Assembly (NCBI GenBank): GCA_026026165.1
Contig: JAPEUD010000029.1
Location: forward strand, 62,001 to 126,000
DNA length: 64,000 nucleotides
Direction: 5' to 3'
DNA from: Sarea resinae
Taxonomy: Eukaryota
Shown here one piece after another: positions 25,601 to 38,088 of this stretch (within the stretch, counting starts at the first letter, position 1; each line of letters begins with the position of its first letter). Position numbers and translations under genes: made by a program. A model generated the notes under the pieces. That model was not told the origin of the DNA. It saw only the letters and a list, made by a program, of their open reading frames with translations, and made no database searches.

Positions 25601-26105
25601 CGCTCTACCCAATTGCTCAAGTCACCAAAACGCCCACTTCTAGCAGAGGAGTCAGATACGGAAGTGAATCGTCCACGAAAGTTGGCCCGAGGCGAGTCGC
25701 CTCTCAAGGGAGCAGCTGGACGGAGACTGGATCAACAGAAGCGAAACCGACAACGTATCGAGAGTGATGCTCCTACGCCTTATTCTTCTCTTGTGCCTCC
25801 ACCTCCACCTCCACTTCCTCGCGACGTCATGTTCCTACTGAGTATCATTCCCAAAGCGGAAACATATCAAGCAACAAGGTTTAGTGCTGAGGCGATGGTT
25901 CGACTGCTACGAAACACAAACATCCCTGCCTCTTTCCCACCTGTGAGGCCCCCCATGGGGATCGGCGGGCCTCAGATTCCTCAGGGTCAATTCAATGGTT
26001 AGTGCAAAGTTTCCTTCACTCTAGTCAAGTCTCCCTCTTCACAACCTTTATACCCCCAGCTCGAAGCTCATATTCATGACAGGATATTCCATTTACGGAC
26101 GATGA
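22663..26105 (+). CDS. RNA14: mRNA 3'-end processing factor Rna14 (CstF-77), HAT repeats, about 5 exons
   Basis: RLPHDRVGILEDRIKEDP, VQLWSVYLDYVRR, LWKEYDGFE, YVASALIEY...KIFERGMK. Introns are near 23662-23711, 24144-24201 and 25227-25280. A last intron 25998-26082 giving GYSIYGR* is inferred; without it the stop is at 26002. Confidence 0.92.
23182..23235 (+). repeat. 9-bp coding tandem repeat (CATCCTTCG) x6 encoding (HPS)6 in the Rna14 N-terminal extension
   Basis: Directly visible perfect repeat. Confidence 0.9.
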
Positions 26106-28265
26106 GCACCTTCTTGTTCGATGCTTATCACCAATACTGATGTCATTGCTGGCGTTGGGCGGAGCGGGGCGCATGCTATCAAAATGCACCGAGTAAAAGG
26201 ACCTTGCAAGATATGCGATTCTTTCCCAATCCAGGGAAGGCCTGCGGACGGGAGGGCTTATTCGGTCTACGGAGAAATGAAGAGTGGGGATATTGGTTGG
26301 AAAAATCTCACGGCACACTGGACAGTACTTAGCGGGCTTGCTCTGTCATCTAGCTTATCTTTCCGTTCCTCGCACCATCAAGGGGGATCCGAGCAGAGCT
26401 TAGGATTATCTTCCATGTAGATTTTCAGCGTGAGCGATCACGTACTCGATAAAGAATTACTTCCTGCATATTACCCTCTCTTTCGGTGACCTCGCATGAG
26501 ACGTTGGTAGTATAATTCTGTCCGGTCACGTATAATAAACTACCGTGTGCCATGGATTGAGTTACGAATTGCCACCTGGGCGAAAAGTGATGGGTCAGGA
26601 CAGCGTGACGGGCCCAGTACGAGGCAAGCAGGAGCGGATGTCGTCTATTTTAACGTTGCCCACCTACTCCGCTGCAGCCTCCTCGGGAAGTAGCGACGGC
26701 CTAGACGACCGCCATCAGTAGATAGGCGAGACAGACAGGGTCAACATCATAGACGGTCGTCATGTCTTCGCGTCGGCACATATATACAAACAATAGCACA
26801 ACAACAGACGGCAACGCAATCTTGAAGCCTGAGAGTGGCAAGGAAGCCTGATCCGTCATGATGCTGTCACACGTATCCGGGACGGTGACTGTGATGCCTT
26901 CCATCGTTGCAGAAAGTGTCAAGCACGTCGGGGTGCGTCCAGCAGCTGTTACTTGGCTTGTTTGTCGGTCGTGGCTGCTCTTTCAGACCAATTGCATTGA
27001 TACCACATCAAAGAGCGTCCAAACTGTGTCCGAGGCGTGTTCTTGCTCCCCGCTTCATGGCTCACATAGCGCGCTACCCACTTAATCTCAGGATCCCCGC
27101 GTGAACCTAAAACGCCTTCCTTCCGACTCATGAACTCACAGCCCAGGTATCATCGGTCCACTGCTTCGCCTCGTCTTCTTTCCACGTCTCTCTCCCACCG
27201 CATGCAATCTTCATCGAATGACTGAGGCTGCCCACTTCAATCTTGCACCGAGCTGAGCCTGATCGTCTTTTGATGCTGCTGGCCCTCGGGCACATCCTCG
27301 TTATTACTTCCCGTGACCATCTTCCTCTCATCGAACATCTTCCGCTTGAGTGATCTCGCAGCTTTTCATTACACCAAGTGTGACCTCCGAAGTCCTCATC
27401 GCCTGGACGATTTTCGATATTCACACAGTGTAAGTTCAGACGCGTCGCCTCGTCTTCAATCTCCCGGTCAACATCAACTGCTCGCCTTGTTACCTTCTCG
27501 CCTCCGTGCCCTACCAGCTCCCTTCATTGTCCACACTCATCCCGCTTGAACCATCCATCCACTCAATACCTCACATCCATCTTCCTCCCTGCCTCAACTG
27601 ACCTTTCCTGCCTTCTTCCAAGGTTCATCTCATCCTCGCACTTGCTAAGGTATTCCATCTTACTTCCCATCCTTCCATAACTTCCTCTGCCCACAACAAA
27701 TACCGTCTACCTCCAATCTTGATCTTACATCTTGATCTTACACCTTCCGTCTTCCATCTTCCGTATTCCATCTTCCGTATTCCATCTTCCGTCTTCCATC
27801 TTTCATCTTCCCTCTTACATCTTCCCACTTCCCATACGCATCCAACTCTTTTCTGATAACCACTCCACACTCTTCCACAAAGCCCACCGTTCCAGTCAAT
27901 CTTCTCACGTCTTCTTGCTTCTCTTCACGTTTGACCGGCATCAGCATCAGAGCTGACTCACACGCGCTCTCTTCTCACAGTTCCGTCAGTTTCTCACAAG
28001 TGGAGCTTTTACAAGCCTCACCTCTTCTATCTTACGTACATCGCTTTTGGTAAGCTCGAACTTCTCTCATCCTCAATTGGCTCTTGTACAACCCTGCCTA
28101 TCACTGCCATCAGCTCAAAGAATTAGCAAGCTCTTAGAGCATCTACTTTTGTACAGTCTTTCATCTCCAGTGTTTATGATGGCTCTTCCTTAGTTGACAC
28201 TGTCAACATCCACTGATATCTTGCTAACGTCTTTTGCGAGACAGAAACATATCAAAATCTTAGCG

Positions 28266-31200
28266 ATGGCTGGCGCTGCGAAGAAACGCATGGCCAAGGA
28301 GCGCCAAGCTCAACGCGCCGGAGCCTCAACTGAAAAAGAGCCGGCCACGAGTGAGCCCGAGCACCGCGTCGATGATAGCCCTCCCCTGGGTGGTTTCGAT
28401 GGTGGAAATGCTGGACCACCACAGCAGCCTATTTTGAGTGACCCAGCTCGTGATCCGATGCCGCAGGATCTCGTTGCCAATATCAATCGTCGTCTGGACT
28501 TGGGCGGAGAAGCCTACAACTTGGACCATCTCGTAAGTGACTTTTAAACGCTTCTCGATTGAGCATCCTGTTCAAACGTTCTGATATATTCGCTGTATGG
28601 CATTTGCTTTGCCACTCGCGCTCTTTGTTGCTCAAAACTTGTTGGCTCGCAATCGCTACAAATATTTTGTGAATGTGTTCCCCTGGCCATACCGAGCAAA
28701 CATCAGGCACACCCCCACATTGGGACATACTTTGAACCTGTTCCTTCAAGGACGTTTTCTGTGCATTCACGCTCCAATTCACCAGCCCATCCACCTGGGA
28801 AGCGGGGTAGCTCACAGCTACTGTTTCCAAGTCTATATAAACCCTTCCGTCCTCAGCTTTCCAATCCCTTCCTTCTACCTTTGACACATCACAGCTCTCG
28901 ATATTCCTTTTACCAAACCTTCAGGACACTCTATCTATTATCAGTATCTGCTACCTATCTTTACCCTTTGCTATTCTTAAGACACATTCTACACTTTCTA
29001 TCTACTACTTCCACCACTGTTCACGATGGAGATCATCAAATTCCGTCACTATAACCGCGAGATTAACGAGAACCAGTATGAAATCCCGACCACCTTGTTG
29101 AAGCGTCCCGCGACCTTCAACACCACCGGCAAAGAGGTGACCATCGGCATCAACCATTTCAATGTCACCAAACTGCCAACCAAGACTGTTTATCAGTATG
29201 ATGTAAGTTATTGTATTCTCGACTTGCAACTCTTCAACGATGCAGCTTTGCCTGCCTTGATCACCCTCTATTCAATAGCCTGTATTTGGAATCATTCAAT
29301 TCGCAACTTCCATCCATTAATGGCCATACTGACGGTATATTTACACAGATCTTGATCGGCTCTGGCGGCGAGAAGCGTGGCTTGATCAAGAGAGTTTGGG
29401 AGTCCAAGGCCGTGACTTCGGCTGTCGGTCCCGGCTGGATCTTCGATGGCAACAAGATTGCTTGGTAAGTGTCTTTCCTCATTCACGTGTTCTCAGGCTT
29501 ACGATTACAGGTCCTTGAGGGATATGAAGGATTCGAACATCATGGTCGACCTTGACCTAGAACAAGGCAAGACGCCCCGTGAAGGCCGTGAAGACCGCCA
29601 TAGGGTAGTCATTCGCAAGACGACTCCGGTCAACCTTGCGTCGATTGATGCCTACCTTAGTGGCAAGGTCTCATTCGGTAGCGGTGTCCTTGAAGCTATC
29701 AGTATGTATCTCTTCCAGTCTGCTAGTCTGATTATCTAACGCCTTTCCAGACTTCTTGGATCATTTGCTTCGTCAGACGCCTTCGGTGTCGTATACGAGC
29801 ATCAAACGATCGTTCTTTGCTCGCGGACATGAGCGCTACTATCTCGGTGGCGGCATCGAAGCGTTCAAGGGTGTTTATCAGTCCATTCGTGCTTGCCATG
29901 TAAGTTTGCGATGGCGCCTTTGCTCTTCATGACTAACAGACTTTTAGGGTAGGCGAATGGCCGTGAATGTTGATGTGTCCAACGGCACTTTCTGGACCGA
30001 GTCACCGCTGATTCAGACCGTCAAAGAGTTGGCTAATGCCCGTATGTAGTCCTTCACGTTTCCTCTACGGTATACACTGACAATAATAAAACAGGCGACT
30101 ATTCAGACTTGATCTGGAAACTCAAGCAGGTGAAGGGTAATGCGGCTCAAGAGTTTCGTATGGTCGACTCACAAGGTTTCCGCACCTTGAGGCGACTCAA
30201 GAAAGTGGGCGTCTACGCGAAGCATCGAGGCTTCGAGGAAAGTATGTATGACCCGTCAACTTCTCAGAGACTCCACTAATGCGCTATCAAAATCAGAGGA
30301 GAAGCTTTTCTTGATCGACCGCTTCACTCAGCTCAACGCGAAGGAGTTCACTTTCCCGTACAAGGACCATGCAAAGGGTACCGAGGAGGATATTTCGGTC
30401 TACGATTACTTTTTGAAGAAGTATGATATCGTTCTTCAATACTGGGAGCTTCCCTTGGTCTACACCACAAAGAAGGGCGTCGTCTTTCCAATGGAATGCA
30501 TGATGGTTGCACAGAACCAACGCTATCCGTTCAAATTGGACGAAGATCAGGCAAGTTCCTTCCTTTTGTTACCTCTTTTTGATACTGACGGTCATTGCTA
30601 GACCTCAAAGATGATCAAGTTTGCCGTGACTAGGCCAAAGGAGCGTATCGATGCCATAAATCATGGCTTGTTGATGCTCGAATGGCATGAGGATAAATAC
30701 CTCAAGAACTATGGCCTCCAAATTGACCCCAAGATGGTTCAGGTAAGTCTTCCCTTTCTTTGTCTTATGTTGATATGATGTCATTTTAACCGTTTGGACC
30801 TTCTAGACCAAAGCGCGTGTCCTCAATAACCCTACCGTGGGTTTCCAAGGCTCCGAGATTAACCCTGGGGTATCTGGCCGCTGGGACATTCGAGGCAAGA
30901 AGTTCATCGTGGGCAACAAGCATCCGTTGAAGGCTTGGGGAGTCTGCATCTTTGCTGGGTAAGTCTTGCTTTGATTGCTTTTATTTCTGACTTGCTAATA
31001 CAAATGTAGACGCTACAAGGTGGACAAAGCCAGCGCGGGTAACTTTATTCGCGAGTTCATCAAGATCTACCAGGGTCATGGTGGTGTCGTAGAGAACAAA
31101 AACCCGATCATTGTCGAAGGCATATCCGACGCTGCTAAGGCTGTCGAGGCGACTTGGAATCAAGCGGGCAATCAAGGTCAGTGTCTCTTTCATGACATGA

Positions 31201-32634
31201 CATCGCATCGAATAACTAACTTTTGATTCGCTCCAGCCAACATGCGTCCCCAGATTCTGTTGTTCATGGTTGCGGACAAGAATGCTTTCCATTACACTCG
31301 CATCAAGAAGAGCTGTGACTGCCGCTTCGGTGTTGTGTCCCAAGGTAAGCTATTTGTCGACCAAATGCTGTGAATGATTAGCCGCTCATAATTCTCTAGT
31401 TGTGCAGAATGCCCACGTGCAGAAATGCAATGCGCAGTACATTAGCAACGTTTGCATGAAGATCAATGCTAAACTCGGCGGCTGCACTTCCAAGGTCGGC
31501 AAGGTATGTGATATTGTTGATGCTTAATCTGAGAATGTGCTGACCATCTCTTAGAAACCGCCTACTGGCCATTTTGCGGTTCCTACCATGATCATCGGCG
31601 CAGACGTGTCCCATCCGTCGCCAGGTAGTGATGCGCCTTCCATGGCTGCCATGACCGTGTCTCTCGACAGTAAGTTCACCTCTGCTTTAGTTGAGCTAAG
31701 CTAATACCATGTGTCTAGAATACTGTGCTCGTTATGCCGCAGGTTGCGAGACTAATGGCCACCGTGTTGAGATGATTACGACTGCCAATATCGATTGCAT
31801 TTTGAGATCCCTCATCATGAATTGGGTGACGACTACTGGTGGTGGTAGATATCCTACGAACATCTTCTACTTCCGTGATGGCGTTAGTGAAGGCCAGTAC
31901 CTCAAGGTTATCAACGAAGAGGTCAAGGACATTAAGGCTCTCATCAATGAGATGACTGATGGCGAGATCATGGTAAGTTCTGCTTGTTGACTCTGCAGAT
32001 ATATGAGGCTAATCCGATAGCCCAAATTCATCGTGACGGTTGCTTCTAAGCGCCATCATATCCGTTTCTTTCCGAAGACTACTGATCGTGTTGCTGCGGA
32101 CCGTAATGGCAACCCGGTGCCTGGTACCTTGGTCGAGAGAGATGTGACGCATCCGTTCGAGTACGATTTCTGTGAGTATCTTCTCTGCTGAACTGTGGTC
32201 GAAGCCATCTAACATGCTACAGACCTCAATGCGCACTCTGCCATTCAGGGCACTGCTCGGCCGGTTCATTACCACGTCCTCATGGATGAAGCGGGTATTC
32301 CGGTCAATGAGTTCCAGAACATGATCTACGAATGCTCTTATCAGTACATGCGTTCAACCACCCCGGTATCTCTGTGTAAGTCTTTGTGCTCGCTTTACTT
32401 GAGCCCTGACTAATTTGAACTATAGTCCCGGCCGTGTACTACGCGCACCTGGCTTCGAACCGTGCTCGTTCGCATGAGAATATTCCGGCCAGCTCTGGTC
32501 CTCGTACTGGTCCGGATGCGGTCAAGATCAAGCCCAAGTCTGGGTCTCAGACATCCAAGCCTCCGACGGAGATTGGACCCTTGATCCCATTGAACAATGC
32601 GCAGGGAATTGCCTATGACATGTGGTTCATCTAG
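28266..32634 (+). CDS. Argonaute (PAZ/PIWI), about 18 coding exons; probably SMS-2/S. pombe Ago1-like clade
   Basis: Spliced exons give VYQYD, WIFDGNK, GVYQSIR, NVDVS, SVYDYFLKKY, PMEC, QTSKMIKFA, GRW, GVVSQ, NVCMKINAKLGG, MIIGADVSHP, YFRDGVSEGQY, KRHHIRFF, PGTLVE, QGTARPVHY, RSTTPVSL and YYAHLASNRAR*. The catalytic D-E-D-H residues appear intact. Confidence 0.93.
28834..28841 (+). promoter_or_regulatory. Putative TATA box of an internal Argonaute promoter
   Basis: TATATAAA followed by a CT-rich tract and an in-frame ATG at 29026 in good context (CACGATGG). Confidence 0.45.
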
Positions 32635-33059
32635 GTTGGCGAATGAATGGAGTGTGATGCGTCTTTATGATGCTCTATCTTATGACAGGGACGGCTTGTT
32701 GCCCAAGGGCTTGCGTGCATGCTTTAACATCTTTAGATGCTAACTACTTAGATAGCTGAGCCTAGTCAATTGCACTGCAGTATTTGAATTGAGGTTGTAA
32801 TGTGAGACTGTGACTGATTGTGATATGAACTATGTGGCTATATCTAGCCTTGAGATTCAGGCAATGTGACTGGTTTTTTTTGAAATTCGCCAAATCATGG
32901 TTCTACTTGTGAAGTTTACTCGATGCGGATAAGGCTGAGATGTTGGACAAGTCGAGGGCGATAGAGATGGAGATAGAGATGGAGATGGAGATGTAGATGA
33001 AGGAGTCGAACAAAATAGCAAGAAGGGGTATAACAAAGTAAAAAGAATGGAGTAAAGCA

Positions 33060-35110
33060 ACGACGTAGCAGCAGCAGCAGCAACACAGTAAAAATAGCGT
33101 AAGTAACAAGAGATTAATCAACGTAAGTAGGTAGGTAAGGTAGGTAGGTAAGGTAGGTAAGGTAGGTGGGTAAGTTAGCAATGACCGAGACCGAGAAGAT
33201 CAAGAGGATATCAAGAATCTCAAAGGGGGGGAGAATGGAATGGAAGATGTGTTGGGGAGGCAGGAGGTACGCAGGAGGCGGGCAGGAGGTGCGCAGGAGG
33301 CAGGTGCGCAGGAGGCGATAGGTAGATGGAGGAAAAGAAAGGAAGGAAGGAAGGAAGGAAGGAAGGAAGAACGAAAGATAGAAAGGAAGAACGAAAGATA
33401 GAAATATAGGGAAGATGGAAATTTGGGGAAGAGGAAGGTGGGAATACGACATTCTTCTCTCGAGTAATCTATCTATCTATCTATCTATAAGAAAGAGGAA
33501 AGAAGAAAGAGGAAAGAGGAAAGAAGAAAGAAGAAAGAAGAAAGAGAGAACAAGGATAAGAACACGGCCAGAGTGGACGATTGTGTAAGATAGGTAGATA
33601 GGATAGATAGATAGACTGGCTGGCTGGCTGTGTGAGTGAGTGAGTGACTGACTGATTGACTAACGGACGGCTAGGATACTAGAGGAGGGGGGAAGATATA
33701 GAGAGAGAGAAGAGAGAAGGTTAGGGGAGAGAGAGAGGTAGGAGAGAGGAATATTAGGATGGTGGGATATAGGATATGTGATATGTGATATGTGATATGG
33801 GAAGAGGATCATGGGATAAGTGATATAGGATAAGGGAGGGGGGAGGTAGGAAGAGAGGTCAGGGAAGGTTCTATAGAGAGGGGAGGTGGGATATAGGAAG
33901 AGGGATATAGGATTGGGGATTAGGGAAGGCTAACGCCAGGACGGTTGGGGGATGAGGAGGCGGGGGGAGAAAGAGGAGAAGAGGGATAGAATGAGAAGAG
34001 GGATAGAATGAGAAGAGGGATAGAATGATAAGAGAAGGGAAGAGAGAGAAGAGAGAGAAGAGAGAGAAGAGAGAGAAGAGAGAGAAGAGAGAGAGAAGAG
34101 AGCGAGACAAGAAGAGAGAACAGAGAGTGAAGAGCGAGAGAAGAGCGAGACAAGAAGAGGGGGAAGAACAGACAGACAGACAGATAGATAGATAGGTAGA
34201 CAGATAGCCCCTTTTTTCTGTCTGTCTCTAGTTCTGTCTCTGGTTCTTTCTCTCGTTCTGTCTCTGGTTCTGTCTCTCGTTCTTTCTTTCTTTCTTTCTT
34301 TCGTTCGTTCTTTCGTTCTTTTTTTTGCTTAGTTGTTTAGTTAGTTGGTTGCATTAGGAGGTGGAGGGGCTTAGGATGGATGAGCTTGGACTTGGACTTG
34401 GACTTGGGCATGGATTGGCTTGTATCTCTCTTTCTTCCTTTTTCTTTTTCTTTTTTTTTTCTTTTTCTTTGTCTTTGGGTTTGGGTCTAGGTTTTGGTTA
34501 TGGTTTTGGCTTTTTTGGGCGGGTAGAAGAAGAAGTGAGTAGGGTAGGAGAAGCGAATAGGGGAGGGGAGGGTGGGGGGAAGAAAGCTGGCTGGGTGGCT
34601 GGATGGTTGGGTGGCTGGCTAGCTGGCTAGTTGGATTTGATATGATTGGAGCTGGTATTGGAGCAGGTATGGGAACTGAAGAAAACAATCTTTGGATTTT
34701 GATCTAGATAGTAGATAGTGGACGATAGATGATGGTGATAGATGGCGGATGATGGGTATTGGTGATTGTGATAGAAGACGTAACGGTTTTGAGGGCAGGG
34801 GGTATAGGGTATATATATACACGCGCGATAGGAGGTTCTGGCATGGCGCAGAGGTGGGTATGGGTGGGTACGGCTTGTAGAGGACGAGCGAGGTGGATGA
34901 GAGGAATAGAATGGAAAGGATAGGAAAGAAAGGGAAAAGAATGGGAAAAGGCTGCAAGGATGGGATGAGTGAGGGCACCTGCTGGTGGTGGTGTTCTTGT
35001 TCGTGGTGGGTTTCGTCTTGGTTTTTGTTCTTGTTCCTGGTCTTGCTTTTGTTCTTGTTCGTGGCCTTGTTTCTGGTGTGGATGGCTTGGACTGGTCAAA
35101 GACAAAGGCG
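33060..35110. repeat. Compound microsatellite/low-complexity tract (GTAG, GGAA, GATA, GACA, GAGAGAGAA, TTTC units)
   Basis: About 2 kb of nested simple repeats between the convergent Argonaute and Ras-like genes. Confidence 0.9.
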
Positions 35111-35148
35111 GAGCACAAAAAGGACGACGGACAACGACGACAATGACA

Positions 35149-35958
35149 TCACCAACACTTCAATCGCGCCCAGAAGCCGCCCCGCTGCGTCTTATGGCCC
35201 GGCCGGTCCTCCAGGTCGACGCTGTCGACCGTCTGGTGTTTCTCCGCCCTGTTGGACGTGCCCGCCTCGCCACCCGCACCATCCGCCGCGGCAGAAGAAA
35301 CCGGCGGATTCTCGCGCAATCGATGCGCCGCGCGCGCCTCGACGACCCGCGAGATGATCAGCGCAAACGTCTCGTGCACATTGACCATCTCGCGCGCCGA
35401 CGTCTCCATGAAGCCGTAGCCGCGCTGGCGCGCCCACTCGAGGCCGACCGCGCTGCGCACCTGTCGGGCGGATTGCAGGTCGCATTTGTTACCCGCGACG
35501 ACGCACACGGGCGGCACGTGGTGGCGCTCGTCGCGCGTCTCGGCCTCCATGGTGATGAGGTCGTGGAAGTAGTCGAGCGCGTCGAGCGAGGGCGCCGACG
35601 TGATGTCGTACACGAGCAGGAAGGCGTCGGCCGTGCTGAGCGACGTGGCCGAGAAGAGCGAGCGGTATTCTTCTTGGCCCGCCGTGTCCGTCAGCGATAG
35701 CGTGTAGGTTTTCGAGGTGGGCGGGTGCGCCAGTGAGAGCGTGTACGAGTCTTCGATCGTCGGGTCGTAGCCGTTCGTCCATTCTTGGTGCACCAGTCGT
35801 AGCGTTATCGACGATTTTCCTGTGTGAGGTGGCGGCCGTTAGGCTTTGGTCCGAGTCAAAAGGATAGGGGGGAGGGGGGGGGGGCATATTGAAATGTAGC
35901 GCATACCACAGCCTCCATCCCCGCATATCGTGATTGCTATTCTTTCTGGCTCCTCCAT
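35149..35958 (-). CDS. Ras-family small GTPase, 2 exons
   Basis: MEEPERIAITICGDGGC|GKSS (G1, split by an intron near 35820-35906), YDPTIEDSY (effector loop), DTAGQEEY (G3), GNKCD (G4) and ETSA (G5). The protein ends LKCW*. Confidence 0.92.
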
Positions 35959-38088
35959 TTTGGTTTTTCCCTCACTTTCTCTGTCCTCCCTCTGCGTCTC
36001 TTCCCGTCTCGGCGAGCTGCCTGTCCGTCTGTCTGCGGGTCTGCCCGTTTCCTAGAGCACTGGCACTGTACGTTCCTCTTCCTTGGTATGTCCGTCCCGC
36101 TAGGAGAGAAATCAAAACAGCGAAAGCTACGCCTCCGAGGCTGTGGGCTGCAACAGCTTGTGTCTTCGGTCTGGTGTTTCTTGGTAGATATGTACGTGTG
36201 TATGTTCTCGTGTCCTTCTGCGCTGTGTTGGCGCGACTAGGCGTGTGTGCGCCTCTCTCCGTCCGTTCGTCGCGCCGTGTCTCTTTCTGTGTATATCTCC
36301 CTCTCACTCGCTGCGTTTATGTACACACGACGAATCCAATTGGGCTGGCAGTCTCGGGTCGCGTCAATGCAAGTGCGAATGCGAATGCGAATGCGAATGC
36401 GCTGCTTTTTCTCGAAGAAAGCTAGCACCGAGATAGAGGTTAGATGTAGAGGGGGAGACGGGTGGTTGTGTTTCTTGCGAGTTGTTTGATTGGGGTCCGA
36501 GGGAGGGAGGAGAGGCGACGATGATACGATGGGATGTGCTGTTCTGTCAAGTGATGCGGTGCAATGCGACGCAATGGGCCTCAAGGAAGCCTCTCGCAGC
36601 AGTCGTGGCCGTTGATGTCGCGGCGTTTGGCTGTTTGGCTGTGTTTAGCCGTGTTAGTTCGGCCGTCTATACGTGTAAGATCGACTGATGGTGTCCGCTG
36701 TTGTAGCAGTACTATGTCGCAGTAAGGTCGTACTCGACGAGTAAGCAGAGCAAAGGTACTTTGGTAGTGTGCAGTAAGGCCTCCATTCAATTTACTCTAC
36801 CCCCCTCCCCCTCCCCCCTACACCCACACCTATAGATGAAGGGGAAAAGATCATAAGTGAAATACAGGGCAGCGACAAGAGGAGTATCGATTGCCCTCGT
36901 CCCCATCCCGACGCGATGTTACCCGTTCTATTCCATACCTACTCTTCTACCATATACCTCGAGGGAGAGGAGAAAATCATCATAGCAGCGGAGACAAGGG
37001 ACCGACTCAATAGGGGTTAGGCATATGTGCACACAGCGGCAGTAACAGGAGGTTCTATTGTTTACTCTACAAGTCCTTCGTACCTGGTACTACATGAATG
37101 CCCCTGATCTCGCCCGTCCTGATCTGCCCTGTTCCTGTCCTCGGCCTGGGTGTGCTCTAGGCATGGTCTCGTCTCATCTCATCACATCTCATCTCATCTC
37201 GTCTCGTCTGCTCTGTATCAGTACTTGTACATCTGTCTCTGGCACGAACATACGGGGTGAGGCACTGGACGCGTCGCCGGTTGTTGGCATTATCATTCAG
37301 GTATACCTACTACATAGACGGGGGATACGGTGACTTCTCGGCTCTACTACTCCTCCGTACTCGACTCCCCCGCTGGGGTTTAAGATTACGCTGTATCTGA
37401 TCCTCCAGGATGACACGCAGATGAGATTGGATCCACGTCCCATCCCTCCTCCTCCTAGCAAAGGGAATAGAGGAAATTGGAATTGGCTCATGGCACTCTC
37501 CATCCAGCATGTACGTGGACGAATTCATCATTCAAGTTCATTCATTCTCTAACAGGGGAACCAAGAGCGTAACGACACTCACACAGACGTGGCGTGTCAA
37601 GATCGATACCGAGATAGACGTGGTAGACGACTTCAAAATGTAGAATGATGTTGGATATCCCCGCACGCGCGAAGAAAAATGCAAAGAAAGAACAAGTCAT
37701 TCGCATCCCGTCCCGTCCTGTGGTTCCGTTCGCGGCCGTCTCTGAGGGCAGGCAGCCCTCCGTGCGATCTATAAGTAGCAAAGAATAGAAAATCCAAGGA
37801 AAGAGAATGCTCCGATAAGATAACCTTTCCTATCCAATGATCAATCATCGGCCCGCGACCGAGACTGAGACCAAGACCGAGACCAAACCAACCAGCCGAG
37901 CCCGCGTGCGCCATTTCCCAGACTAACGAAGCCTGATCACCGTAGAGAACCGCAAGAGGATATCGAAGCAAATGCACGACCCTATTCAAGGGACTGTAGT
38001 CTGCTCCTCAATAGAGGACAGAAACGGGACAGGTAAGAGTGAAAGCTAGGCTCTAATTGCTTACGCAACAAGCACTTACGATGCACTC

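Noticed and set aside
26121..27130. Short ORFs between RNA14 and Argonaute
   Set aside because: No domain similarity; probably RNA14 3' UTR and Argonaute promoter.
32857..35118. Hydrophobic or repetitive ORFs in the simple-repeat tract
   Set aside because: They are translations of simple sequence repeats.
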